Position numbers and translations under genes: made by a program
The notes under the pieces: generated by a model
What the model saw: the letters and a program-made list of their open reading frames with translations, nothing else
Told to the model about the DNA's origin: nothing
Database searches by the model: none
Shown here: positions 11,525 through 23,956 of the stretch, in pieces
Numbering within the stretch: position 1 is the first letter of the stretch
Layout: each line of letters begins with the position of its first letter
NCBI RefSeq assembly: GCF_001194135.2
Contig: NC_068984.1
Location: forward strand, 42,114,701-42,178,700
DNA: 64,000 bases
Source of the DNA: Octopus bimaculoides
Lineage: Eukaryota
Direction: 5' to 3'

Positions 11525-12942
11525 CCCACACACAAGTAATAATATGTTAGTGTTTGCTTATTGAAGTAACAGCAATGTTTATCTCATCATGCATCTAATG
11601 TTCTGTTATGTCTCGTTTCCAACCAATTACTGATATTTAAAAAAACTTAAAACGTTAATATTGGTCTTCATACATTCTCTATACTCTTGCCTGCCTTGTC
11701 TTCTTTAAGTAACTGAAAAGAAAAAAAGACCCCTAGAAAAAAAAGCAAACAACATTCTCAATACAAAATAATGATATCATAGTGTGATGTTGTTGTTAGA
11801 TGATATAGTATTTATCTTTGTATGCATGCTAAATGTTGTATTTTGGTTGTTTGTTGTTGTTGTTGATGTGTTAAAACAACAGCTAGACAATAGAAATGAA
11901 TATCTCAAGTGATGAAACATCAGTCTACTGTGCCACCTTGTATGAAAGGGTATGGGAAAATAATAGCTTATGTCTCACCACAAATGCTCATGCTTACAAG
12001 GCTTGTCTTTTTTGTTTTTTTTATTCTTGGGTGGCAAAATGGCAAAAACCTGGTCAATGTAATACTAATGAAAAGTTCTGTGCAGTATTGATAGATAAAA
12101 ATGACTGACACTACTCTTTCTCTAGAGAGTAGGACCTTATATCAGTATTGTTGACTTGTTACTAAACTACTTCCATTAAGTTGATACTGATCTAATCTGA
12201 CCAGACCCTACAATAAATAGTCTATCAGTTTGGTATCCACTATAGCAATTGCTTAAGATGTTATCAGATCTATGCAACTGATAGGGCCTGTCAGAATGCA
12301 TTTTGAGTATTTGTTATTAATTTACATTACAAATAGTAGTTATACGCTAAATAAAATTCTAATGAAAATAATGTAATTTGCAAAATCATGTCTGTATGAT
12401 AAAGAAAACAGTCAAGAGTGCACAAGTTTTCAAAGATGAGAACACAAATGGGTGACTTGTTTTCATTAGATCAAGGAGTCAGTCTCAGGTAGATCAGAAA
12501 AGCAGCTTGCTGGAAAATCAGGAAACCGAGTTTATGGTCGATCAGGAAATTTGAGTAAAAGTCCTTAATTCTATACCCCATAGCACCTTGATATATGTAA
12601 CAGATCATTTTGCATATGCTGATATTACTTTAAGATGATTAATTCTGTATTAGAATATATTTCTTGGCTCATGACTTGGTTACAATTCAAGCATCCACCT
12701 ACATCCTCATATATACATAAACATACACATCTCATTTTAGAGTCATCCATTATAATTTATTATTTACATTTATCTTTCCCTTTACATGCTCTAGTTGTTT
12801 TACCCTCTATTAAAACTGTTAATCATCCCAGTATTTCAGTAGGCCATCTGTTTTATCATCTTACTACATCATCATAAAGCTACTCTTTATGTACAGTCTG
12901 CCCTCTCCTCCACTCATACTTTATCTTTTGATTTTGTTACAG

Positions 12943-13066
12943 TTATGTGTTAATCAGACACCACCTCCTCAGAATTACCGTCTCTATCATGATTCATCAC
13001 AAGGACCAAACCAGGATGACCATATTGAAATTCCTCCTATGTATTATGGTGGGCTGCACTATGAAA
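12943..13066 (+). CDS. Candidate gephyrin linker exon: LCVNQTPPPQNYRLYHDSSQGPNQDDHIEIPPMYYGGLHYE(S)
   Basis: Pyrimidine-rich acceptor ttatcttttgattttgttacag, donor aaa|gtatgc, open frame, 124 nt, phase 0 to 1, joins exon A in frame (a|gc = Ser). No homology recognised. Confidence 0.45.
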
Positions 13067-13079
13067 GTATGCAATCTTG

Positions 13080-14100
13080 TTTCGGTCTAATATTATTACT
13101 ATTGTTGTTGTTCAGTGCTGTTAGCATTGTTGTTTAGTATTGTTGTTATTGTATGTTAGTATTGAACAATATTTTTGTTATTGTTCAGTATTGTTGTTGT
13201 TGTACAGTCATGTTGTTCAGTATTGTTATTGTTGTTCAATGTTGTTTATCATTGATGTTATTCAGTATCAATGTTATTGCTGCATGTTTGTATTGAACAA
13301 TATTTTTTGTTATCAGTATTATTCTTGTTATTTTAACAATAGTATTGTTCAGTATTGTTGTTATTCAATGTTGTTATGAAAAAGTTACTGTTCAGTTTTG
13401 TCAATATCGTTTAATACCATTGTTTATAATCAATATTGTTTTGGCTGTTGAGTGTTGTCCAGTATTGTTGTTGTTCAATATTGATTGTGTTCAGAGTCAC
13501 TGTTGTTCAATATGATCATCATACAACATGCCAGGTAAAATGTTTAGCGGCATTTTGTCCATCTTTACATTCTGAGTTCAGATTCCACCAAGGTCGACTT
13601 TGCCTTTCATCCTTTTGAGGTCGATAAAATAAGTACCAGTTGAGTACTGAGGTCAATGTAATTGACTTATCCCTTCTCCTGAAATTGCTGGTCTTGTACC
13701 AAAATTTGAAATCAATATTATCATTGTACAATATTGTTATTCTATATTGTTGTTGTACACTGTTATTATTTAGTGTTATTCAAGATTGTTGTGATTGTTC
13801 AGTATGCTGCTCTTGTTATTGTTGGTTTTGCTCAATATTGCTGTTGTTAAATATTGTTGCTATTCCATGTTGCTGTTCAATATTGTTGCTATTCCATGTT
13901 GCTGTTCAATATTGTTGTTATTTAGTGTTATTATTGTCTGGTATTTTTGTTCTCTAATAGTGTTTATCATACACTGTTGCTGTTAGTCAATGTTTTACAA
14001 TAATATATTTTTTAATATTGTTGATGTTTGATATTGTTCCTCTTTATTATTGTTGTTGTTACCATTGCACATTGTGGTTGTTGTCCAATATTACTATTTA
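13080..14100. repeat. Degenerate caatattgttg-type satellite, including a 30-bp repeat at about 13835-13920, interrupted by a SINE
   Basis: Many diverged tattgttg/caatattg units. Confidence 0.75.
13525..13720 (+). mobile_element. SINE family D copy (gcagaatc...ttctgagttcaaat...actttgcctttcatcc...taagtaccag core)
   Basis: Shared core with more than 10 copies in the window. Confidence 0.8.
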
Positions 14101-15404
14101 CTGTTTAACTGCAAAATTAAATTTCATGCTTATTCTTGTAATGATGTTGAATACCTACTAAATATTAGAATTAGTATTTTCTGCAAGTTGTGTTACCTCA
14201 GTAAACTTGACATCTCAACAAAAAATAGTTTAAAAAATGACATTACTCAACAAAAGATTGAAACAGCTTTCCACAGTTGTGGGTAATGAAATTTTGAGTG
14301 GAGATATCTGATTTCTGCAGTAAAAGAGTTGGTGATGGAGTTTCAAGAGTAAGAGCAAATGAGAGTTGACTTTGCTTTTCATCTCTCTCCAGAAATAATA
14401 AAATGAATACCAGTAATATACTGTTGTTAATTCAGTCAGCTATACTCCCACTTCTTCCGACAAAATTTTGACCTTAAATTATACAAAGGAAAAAGGTCTT
14501 TTCTTTTTTTTTTCAGTTTGAGGAATAGCAGTAAGAGGAATGTATCAGATTAAATGTACAATTTAGATCTGTCCTATATTTTGCCTTTAAATCCTACCAA
14601 GATTGTCTATGCTCTTCATCCTTTCAAGATTTTATGAAATAGGTACTGCTAATATATTTGTACCATCATCATCATCATTATCATAATCATCATTGTCATT
14701 TTAACATCCACTTTTTCATGCTTGCATGGGCCAGATAGAATTCGTTAAGCCAATTTCCCATGGTTGGATGCAGTTCTTGTTGCAACCTGCACCTATTTCT
14801 GAGCAAAGTAATACTTCCCTATGGCCTGATGTATTTTCAAAAAGGATTGGAAATGATGTTACTACTTGTATAAATGTGTTGCTTGTTTACAACTATTATA
14901 TGAGTTAGGATGTTGAGGTGTAAAACAAAACAGAAGTAATCTCCAAAATATAGAAACAGTACTCCAATGTACTTTTCATTAAATTATGTAGAGAGTTATT
15001 AGTTGTTGATGCTAAACTATTTTTGGCTCTAGAAAACAAAGTGCAGTTTTTGAGATTCAGTCCTTACTATACTAAGGGTGTATGTTTGCAAGGAAAATTC
15101 CTGTGATAATGATACCTAGCATTTGAAGTGATTATGAGGGTTCCAGTTGTTTGCTCTTTATGTTTGGTGGTGATCAAATTGTGATAATGTATTCTTGGAT
15201 TGTGCAGTGATTGTCTCTTTGCACTGTTAAAAGAATCACGATTGTCATAATGTAACTGAAGGACACTCTTGATGTGTACATCATTTGTGGGTTCTGTATA
15301 GGATTGGCATTTTGATACATGTGAATGACACTTTGGTGTGGATGATTAGAAAGAAATAAAGGTAATATCTCCATAGGAGGTGTGATTGGAGGTGACTGAG
15401 TATG

Positions 15405-15828
15405 CAGGGCCAGATTAAGACAAATCAAGGCTCTAAGCACTTAAAAGATTTTGGTGCCCCCATAAAAGATTATGTAATTCAAAATATAAACAATAGCAAA
15501 CCATAAAATGATTTTTTTTATTTTTCAAGACGAAACAGTAAAGGGAAAATAATGTTTATTTGTGTATACTTCCACTTCATTTATATTTTAAAAGTTTCCT
15601 CCTACTTTTTTGAATTGCAAAGTCTTTGGTCAGATCCTCCAAAGTTAATCTTAGGTAACACATCTGCATCTATACTTAGTAGAGATAAAGGCATCCCGAA
15701 TATTATTTTAGTAAGTTTAAAGTGGTTTCTTTTGTGCCATAAACCATTTACCATTTCTGTGGTGACCCCCTCCTACCCTTGATGCCCTAAGCACGTGCTT
15801 ATTTTGCTTAATGGTTAATCCAGTGCTG
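15405..15828. mobile_element. hAT-type MITE, 424 bp
   Basis: TIRs cagggccagattaa / ttaatccagtgctg; 8-bp TSD tgagtatg / tgagtagg (7 of 8). Confidence 0.8.
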
Positions 15829-16558
15829 TGAGTAGGTCATGAATGTATAGGAGAAAAGTGCAAGAGACAGTATTGAATGTGGAAGCACACTAAAGTTGAT
15901 GGAATGTAACTATCTATCACTTTCTCTTCTATTTCTCCTGCCTCTATCACCTTCTTTCTTCTGTCTCTGTTTTTCCCACTATATTCACTCTCTCACTCTT
16001 GTTCATTCTCTTTCATCACTCTCTCTTCAATTCACTCTTTTAATTATGTTGCCTTGAATGAGTTTGACAACATAGGCTAAAGAGGACTGTTCAGTCCTGT
16101 CAGAATCAAGGCAATATCTCTAGCACTGGTGCCATGATAAATTCATCTATTGTACTCTGTAGTCGGGGAATAAATGTAGATAACAAAGGGTAGAGTGGAC
16201 TCTTTAGTTTTATCTGGGGTGTGGCAACATCTTTTGTGTCTGTGCCACATTAAAATGCACTTAATACACTCTGTAATGTGATTGGATATTAATCACTATG
16301 GGCATCACCCATAGAAACTATATAAAAATGGAACATGAAATGTGGGTGTGTAAATTAAACTTTGTGATACGTACTGGACATTCATTTTATACAACTTCAC
16401 TCTCTTGACAGAAAAAGAGGCATCAACAGAACTAGTTTCAGTCTTTATTAAAATTTCATTTACTTCTAAATACTTGATTTAATTAACTAAGCTCCCCACT
16501 AAAATTTGTGGCCTTGTACCCATGTTAGAGATGGTCATCATCATCATTACCTGCAAAT

Positions 16559-16693
<135 letters not shown>

Positions 16694-16904
16694 AGACCAG
16701 ACTCTGAAAAATCTAGAGGTGGTCTGTGTTGGTAAAAAATCATTTAGTAAAGCTGGCATATGAATAAGTTTGTATGTCTTGGGGAGATGATGTTTACAGT
16801 AGCACTCAGAATATATCCTTATGTGTTTTGCTTAAAACGTCAGGATTCTTGTCTCCCCAAAGAATACAAACTTGTCTAAATTTATGAACATTATTATTAT
16901 TGTT

Positions 16905-17115
16905 GTTATTATGGCGGTGGATAGCAGAAACATTAGTGGGAATGTCAGATAAAATGCCTTGTAGTATTTTGTTATGATCCTTTACATTCTAAGTTCAAAT
17001 CGTGCAGAGTTTTGACCTTGTGTTTCAGGATTAATAAAATAAGGTACCAGTGAAGCACCAGGTTGATATAACTGACTGCTTTCTATCGTCAAATTTCTGT
17101 GTGTTTACATTAGAA

Positions 17116-17157
<42 letters not shown>

Positions 17158-17158
17158 G
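16905..17158 (+). mobile_element. SINE family D copy with (ATT)n tail
   Basis: ggcggtggatagcagaaacattag head, core, ATT tail. Confidence 0.7.
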
Positions 17159-17159
17159 A

Positions 17160-17710
17160 GTGAGAGAACAGCACACACCATCACAGTGGCAGTAGGGTAC
17201 GAATATACAAAACCCAATATATATATATATATATATATATCATGACTACTCATCTAATAATGGTACATCAGGCACATGCATCACGACCATATGTGTGTGC
17301 AACATGATGACCTTATATCAAGATAAACAGTCCATGACCTTGCAGGTAAGTATTTTCTTGAGGCTGAGTAGCCAGTCCCACTCAAAAGGTCCCTGAATAA
17401 GGGTTGTATAAGGATGATTAACAAAACCCCCATGTTTCCAGGGGTGAATTATTAAAACCTCAAAGAATTCTTCTCAACACATGGATATAGTGCTCCCTCA
17501 CTACTCCTGCTCTTGATTAGAAATGCACATATTGTCAGCTACTAAGAGATATGCTCAACTGGTAAAGGTCAAGCAACAGACAAGCAAATCTGTGGTACTG
17601 AGCAGAATATTTGTTGTAGCCATCTGTTACATCAAGACAAAACTTGTACATTTTAACAGTTTCAGTCAGTTAAGACCAGAGGCCATGAGAGCCACTGCCT
17701 GATTATTATT
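17160..17710. mobile_element. Unclassified interspersed repeat bounded by (ATT)n tracts
   Basis: GC-richer block resembling a recalled abundant octopus repeat; no motif assigned. Confidence 0.4.
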
Positions 17711-17832
17711 ATTGGTATCATTATTATTGCTGTTGTGGTTGTCAAGGCAGTAAGCTAGCAGAATCATTAGTACACCAGTGAAATGCTTAGTGGCGTTTCA
17801 TCTGTTATTATGTTCTGAGTTCAAATATATAT

Positions 17833-18172
17833 AAGGGTAAAGATCCCCTTTGGTCATGAATGATCATGGGATTGCACCTAGAAAGTTACCCTCTGAAACA
17901 CAAGTCTGGGAAAGGTTGTTTAAGGAAGACCAGCAGTGGCCCACGCATACCAGCCTCCCCTTTCTACACCATTGATGTTATCCAAGGGGAAAGCAAAGGC
18001 CAATACAGCTTGGCACCATTGACATTGCACCTCATTTTTACAGATGAGTAAACTGGACCAATGTGAAATAAAGTGTCTTGCTCAAGAACACAACACACAG
18101 CCCAGTCTGGGAATCAAACTTATTACCTTATGATTGTGAGCCTGATGCTCTAACCACTGAGCCATGTGCCTT
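17833..18172 (-). mobile_element. tRNA-derived SINE family B copy
   Basis: Near-colinear with 31506-31810 and 37760-38098; head revcomp tgaaggcacatggctcagtggttagagc (A box). Confidence 0.8.
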
Positions 18173-18721
18173 CATTGGGTGTTTGTATGTATATGTATGT
18201 ATCTTTTAAAATACATGAGTTTTGCTTTACTTAAATAATAATTGATCTTGATCTCTGGTGGTAGAAAAGACTTGCCCAGGGTGCCTACTGCATGATACCT
18301 TAGGTTTATCTTTTATTATATATATATATAGTCTCCTGGCTGGCAATACCTTGTGAATAGAATTAGGAATCAGAAACTGTATAGAACCTTGTTGTATATG
18401 TGTGTATATGCATGTGTGCATGAATGTTAACATATCAGGTCTTCACTTGCCTCTGTCTTAATGAAATGGTGATACCATGTTTACATTTCTTGGTAATATT
18501 ACAACTAGTTGCTCTGTGATTTAGAAGAATAATGATATAAAAAGAAAATAATCCCTTACTTGACAAATTGGTATGGATTGGCAACAGGAAGGGTATGATA
18601 CTATAAAATGTTGCCTCACATAAGTCCCCATCGAATCCATGCTAGGCAAAAAACAGACATTAAATGAATAAATGAATAATCCAAACTCTGTCTATATCCT
18701 TTACATTTTTTCTCTTCTCAG

Positions 18722-18853
18722 GCCATGTTGATACTACCCATGTGGCCAACCGAGCCCGGCAATCATCATATAAAATGATTTCTGTTGAGTCTGCTTTAGA
18801 CATAGTTTTGACGGAAACTCCTGTTGCAGAGACTGCTAAATTTAAGTACTCAG
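18722..18853 (+). CDS. GPHN: Gephyrin exon A: (S)[43 protein letters not shown], end of linker and start of E domain
   Basis: Acceptor ttttttctcttctcag, donor cag|gtaagt, 132 nt, phase 1 to 1; resembles vertebrate [34 protein letters not shown]. Confidence 0.9.
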
Positions 18854-21579
18854 GTAAGTAGAATGACTTTCTTCATTTGCTTTTTTTGTTTTTTTATGTG
18901 ATGGGAAGGCTCTTTCTTGATGTTTATTGGTAAATGAGATATATGGTTTTGTTTTAAACTTCTGTTAATCAGTGATTTTGTAGTGGGGCTATTAAAGTAT
19001 ATTTTTGAATGCATTCTTCATTAGGAAATTATTTAGTGTCATGCCTTAATTTTGATATATTTTCTGCATAAAATTTCATTTCATATTGCATATTTTAATC
19101 TGTTCTATTGACAGAGTGCCTTGGTTATTATCTAGCAGAAGATGTGTTTGCCAAAGAACCTGTACCTCCATTTCGGGCTTCAATCAAAGATGGCTATGCT
19201 GTGATGAGTAAGTTAATCATGACATTTTCATGTGTTCTGCCTTTAACCTCTTGGTATCTAATTTTTCATGTCAGCACAAATAAATTTGTTTCCATTAGTT
19301 TGAATGTTTACAAACAATTTGTCAAACAAATGTTTTTACAACTGGATGTATTTCCTATCGCCATTCACTCAAGTGTGAAATCAGGAAATCAGGGTTGTAT
19401 TTGATTTCAGTTATATTGACTAAGGCAAGAAATATGATGAGGTTTTGCTAAAGAACAGAATTCAATAGAGAAAACAATTTGATCTCACATCCTTGAAATA
19501 ATTCATCTAGTAATTTAATCTTACAAATACTGCTTTATAAATCAGTGTTCTTTCACTCTGAATTGCCTGTTTGTTTCTACACGTTCAGACACTTGCATAA
19601 CATTTGGATACAGATACGACCATGTAGTTAAGAAGTCACTTTGCAATCATGTAATTCTAGGACTGCGCCTTGGACAAGTCTTCTACCACAGCCTTTGGTT
19701 GATCCAATCTTTGTGAATAAAATTAGGTTGATGGAAACTGTGTGGAAGCCTATCAGATGACTGTACCTGTTCTTAGGTGTTATAGTTAATCAGTTGCTCA
19801 GTTTAACACCACTATTTGCCCCCAAGTATCTTTAGTAGAGTCTACTCTGTTGGAAACATTCAGAACAGGTTTTCAGTCTGAAGGTAACTCAGATTGTGTT
19901 TTCTTCTCCCCTTGTCAGAATTTCTATTAAAATCTTGATAGAAGCAAACTGTAACAAAAGGCTAAATATAAGTTTCTGTGGTACTTTTGAATACTTGAAC
20001 TGAGGAATAAAATTTGTACATTCTTTTAATAGTTAGATACTTCATTTGTATTCTTTGACCATATCTATCCATTGTTAATGTTCAAGTTATTTTTCTGTAA
20101 TTTTCAGGCAGGGATGGTGTTGGCAAGAGATTGGTTATTGGCAGTGCAACAGCAGGAAATACTGTAAGTGTATAATTAAACAGTTGAGAGTGTATGTCAG
20201 TTAGTCTTAACTCAATGTTAATTATTTCATTTTATTTTTTTGAGACAGTTGGCAACTATCATTTACAATGTCTAATAACTATTAGGGCAAACATAGTATC
20301 TGAAGATCTTAACACAGGTAAAAACAGAGAGTTAACAGTTTTATAAAAATTTGTCAGAGATTGCCTCTAGTTTTATGATAAAGATCTATCTCTGTTAAAA
20401 AGTTCATATTTACATTAAAACTGTCCATCATAATTTTATTATGTTACCTTCTTACCATCAGCTTAACAACAACAAACTTAGTTGTGTCTGAAGAGAGTCA
20501 TACTGTATTAATTGCTTATTATCTAACACACTCACCAGTTTGATTTCCACTCATTTATTATTTATATTTTTTCTTCCAAATTTTCATTGCTTTTGCACCA
20601 GTGAGTGTGTTAGATAATAAGGCAATAAGACAAAATGACTCTACCCAGATACAACAAAATTTGCTTCAACACACGAATTCACATGAAGAATCTTGCAAAC
20701 CAGATATAAAAACAAAACAAAGATAGTTATTTTCCTAGAAACCTCAACTTCTTGATTATTTTCAAAATTTGAAAATATATCCAGTATATTTCGTCATAAA
20801 ATGTAGTAGCATAAGAGTTAACAACATATGCTATCATACAATCAGTGGATTAGCACAGTTGTTAGAACATCAGGCAAAACGTCTAGTGATATTTAATTCA
20901 AACCTTTACATTTGGAGTTCAAATCCTGTTGAAGTCAATTTTACCTTTCACCCTTCCATCATGTACTGAGGTTGATTTAATTAATTTACTTGATGTTTGT
21001 GTCTCCAAGGCTTCTTGAAGCAAGTGACTACAGCTGAGAATTCTGAATGCATTTTCTTAGTGCTGCTGGGGCTTTAAAAGCAGATAAGGTGTAGATCCCA
21101 ATGGCTGTAGTATTCCTGTGAGGAGCAGTGACCTCAGCTATTAATTGCTTTGAAAGAAATAATCCGATAATTAATAAGTTATGTAGCACATCACAGAACA
21201 TATTCTGTTAGATCTTTTATCTGTTTCACTTTCTAAAACTAAAGATAGATACTGACCCTAAAAAAAAAAAAAATTCTGTGGTGTATGAAAGATATTTATA
21301 TTTTTATAATAGAAGATAGTTTTGGCATACTGAAAGATGGAATATTGTTTAAAGGCATTCATACAGTTTGGAGTTACCAAAAATTTGGTAAAGATATGCT
21401 GGCAGAAATATGGAAGTGGGTTCCAGGAGGAAAACTATTCAAAGAAATTTTTCTAAGAATTGTAGCAGAGGAATGAAGAACTTTAATATTGTTTAATGTT
21501 GCATCGGAGAGAAGGAGGATGCTAGGAAGAAACAGCCAGAATGAAACAGCATGGTCTATTCTTTTTTTAGCATTAGCCC

Positions 21580-21610
<31 letters not shown>

Positions 21611-22245
21611 CTTGCTGCTGTTTTTTTTCTTTTGTTCTTGTTAGTAGCACTTGCATGAACTACAAGGTCTTCAGCATAATTACCAAAGTTTTATCACAAG
21701 TGTTGCCTCCCTCCTCTCTCAGCATTTCTGGAAGAAATTCTAGATTTTAATGGATGCTATTAAAAGAAGTCTGTACAATTGGTGGCAACCACCAACTGTT
21801 TGTTAGTTGTATTTATTATATATATATTGTCTGTCATTTATTTATACAGTCTGCTAATAGTAACTTTCTGGTAGAGTTATAGAGTTAGTCGTAAATCTTA
21901 ACCAACAGTAGTTCTTCATGGTCTGATGAATTCTTTACTTTTTGTTTAATAAACATAAATACACATGTGTGTATGTGCATGTGTGTGTGCGTGTGCATGC
22001 TGAGTTTGTTTTTGTTCTGGTTCAGAATAGACAAACTAATATGGTAAGGTTTAATTTTTCAAACTGTATTGTTTAAGAATGGTAGAATTCCTCCATTCTC
22101 CAAAGACTGTCTTAGTGTAGTCCTTTGGAAACAACTTTTTTTTATATTCTACGTCTTCCTTTCATTGCCGTGTAGTTGTCAAGTCTGGTAGTGCATACTC
22201 ATATGTGCAGGTGTGTGTGTGTGCACATACACACACACACACACA

Positions 22246-22287
<42 letters not shown>

Positions 22288-22531
22288 AACATTACACATA
22301 TTTATGTATATATTTTTGTGTTATATAACTGGCCAATACGAGTCTTTAAAATGGAGCTTTCATCATCGTTTTGTGTTTGTTTCTATACTGGAAATAGTCA
22401 AAGTCAGTTCTTATTCAGAATTATTGCACTTTTCATCATTATTATTTAATGTTCATCTTCTGTGCTGGCATGAGTTAGACTGTTCAACAAGATGTGGTGA
22501 CAAGTCAGAATCATATGTGTGTGTATGTGTG

Positions 22532-22588
<57 letters not shown>

Positions 22589-23336
22589 NNNNNNNNNNNN
22601 NNNNNNNNNNNNNNNNNNNNNNNNNNNNNNNNNNNNNNNNNNNNNNNNNNNNNNNNNNNNNNNNNNNNNNNNNNNNNNNNNNNNNNNNNNNNNNNNNNNN
22701 NNNNNNNNNNNNNNNNNNNNNNNNNNNNNNNNNNNNNNNNNNNNNNNNNNNNNNNNNNNNNNNNNNNNNNNNNNNNNNNNNNNNNNNNNNNNNNNNNNNN
22801 NNNNNNNNNNNNNNNNNNNNNNNNNNNNNNNNNNNNNNNNNNNNNNNNNNNNNNNNNNNNNNNNNNNNNNNNNNNNNNNNNNNNNNNNNNNNNNNNNNNN
22901 NNNNNNNNNNNNNNNNNNNNNNNNNNNNNNNNNNNNNNNNNNNNNNNNNNNNNNNNNNNNNNNNNNNNNNNNNNNNNNNNNNNNNNNNNNNNNNNNNNNN
23001 NNNNNNNNNNNNNNNNNNNNNNNNNNNNNNNNNNNNNNNNNNNNNNNNNNNNNNNNNNNNNNNNNNNNNNNNNNNNNNNNNNNNNNNNNNNNNNNNNNNN
23101 NNNNNNNNNNNNNNNNNNNNNNNNNNNNNNNNNNNNNNNNNNNNNNNNNNNNNNNNNNNNNNNNNNNNNNNNNNNNNNNNNNNNNNNNNNNNNNNNNNNN
23201 NNNNNNNNNNNNNNNNNNNNNNNNNNNNNNNNNNNNNNNNNNNNNNNNNNNNNNNNNNNNNNNNNNNNNNNNNNNNNNNNNNNNNNNNNNNNNNNNNNNN
23301 NNNNNNNNNNNNNNNNNNNNNNNNNNNNNNNNNNNN

Positions 23337-23369
<33 letters not shown>

Positions 23370-23905
23370 AATGATTTGGGTTGGTTCTATGGCTGGATAT
23401 CCCTTCGTATCACTAGTCAATTTACAGAATGTACTGAATGTATTTTGTCATTACATTGCTCCAGCACTAGAAGGGTTTCATATCTTTGCCAATATTAAAT
23501 GGTTCTCTCAACCTTGTATTGTCTCTGCCCTTTCAGCAGTTGCTGGGCAGTTATCATGGCACCAATACTAGAGATATCATTTCTTTGATAAAACTGTCTT
23601 CCACATGTACTGACTTGTCCTTTCAGGTGCTGGTGCCACTTAAAAATCACCTGTGCCGATGCTGTGTTAATGTACCTGTGCTGGTGCTGCATTAACACAC
23701 CCGTACTAGTGCTCCATAGACTCAGCTGTGCTGGTGGCACCTAAAAGGCACCCAACTTACCCTGTTAAGTGGTTGGCATTAACAAGGGCATCCAACCATA
23801 GAAACCCTGCCTCAATAGACAGCTAGAGTCTGGACAGCCCCCTGCTGGCCAGCTTCATGTCAAACTGTCCAACCGGTGCCAGCATGGAAAGCGGATGTTA
23901 AACGA

Positions 23906-23956
<51 letters not shown>

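Noticed and set aside
17340-17351. Perfect donor cag|gtaagt inside a repeat, 1.4 kb upstream of exon A
   Set aside because: No credible upstream acceptor with a pyrimidine tract; such motifs occur by chance in 64 kb.
22205-23571. ORFs of 324-388 aa
   Set aside because: They read through the 748-N assembly gap.
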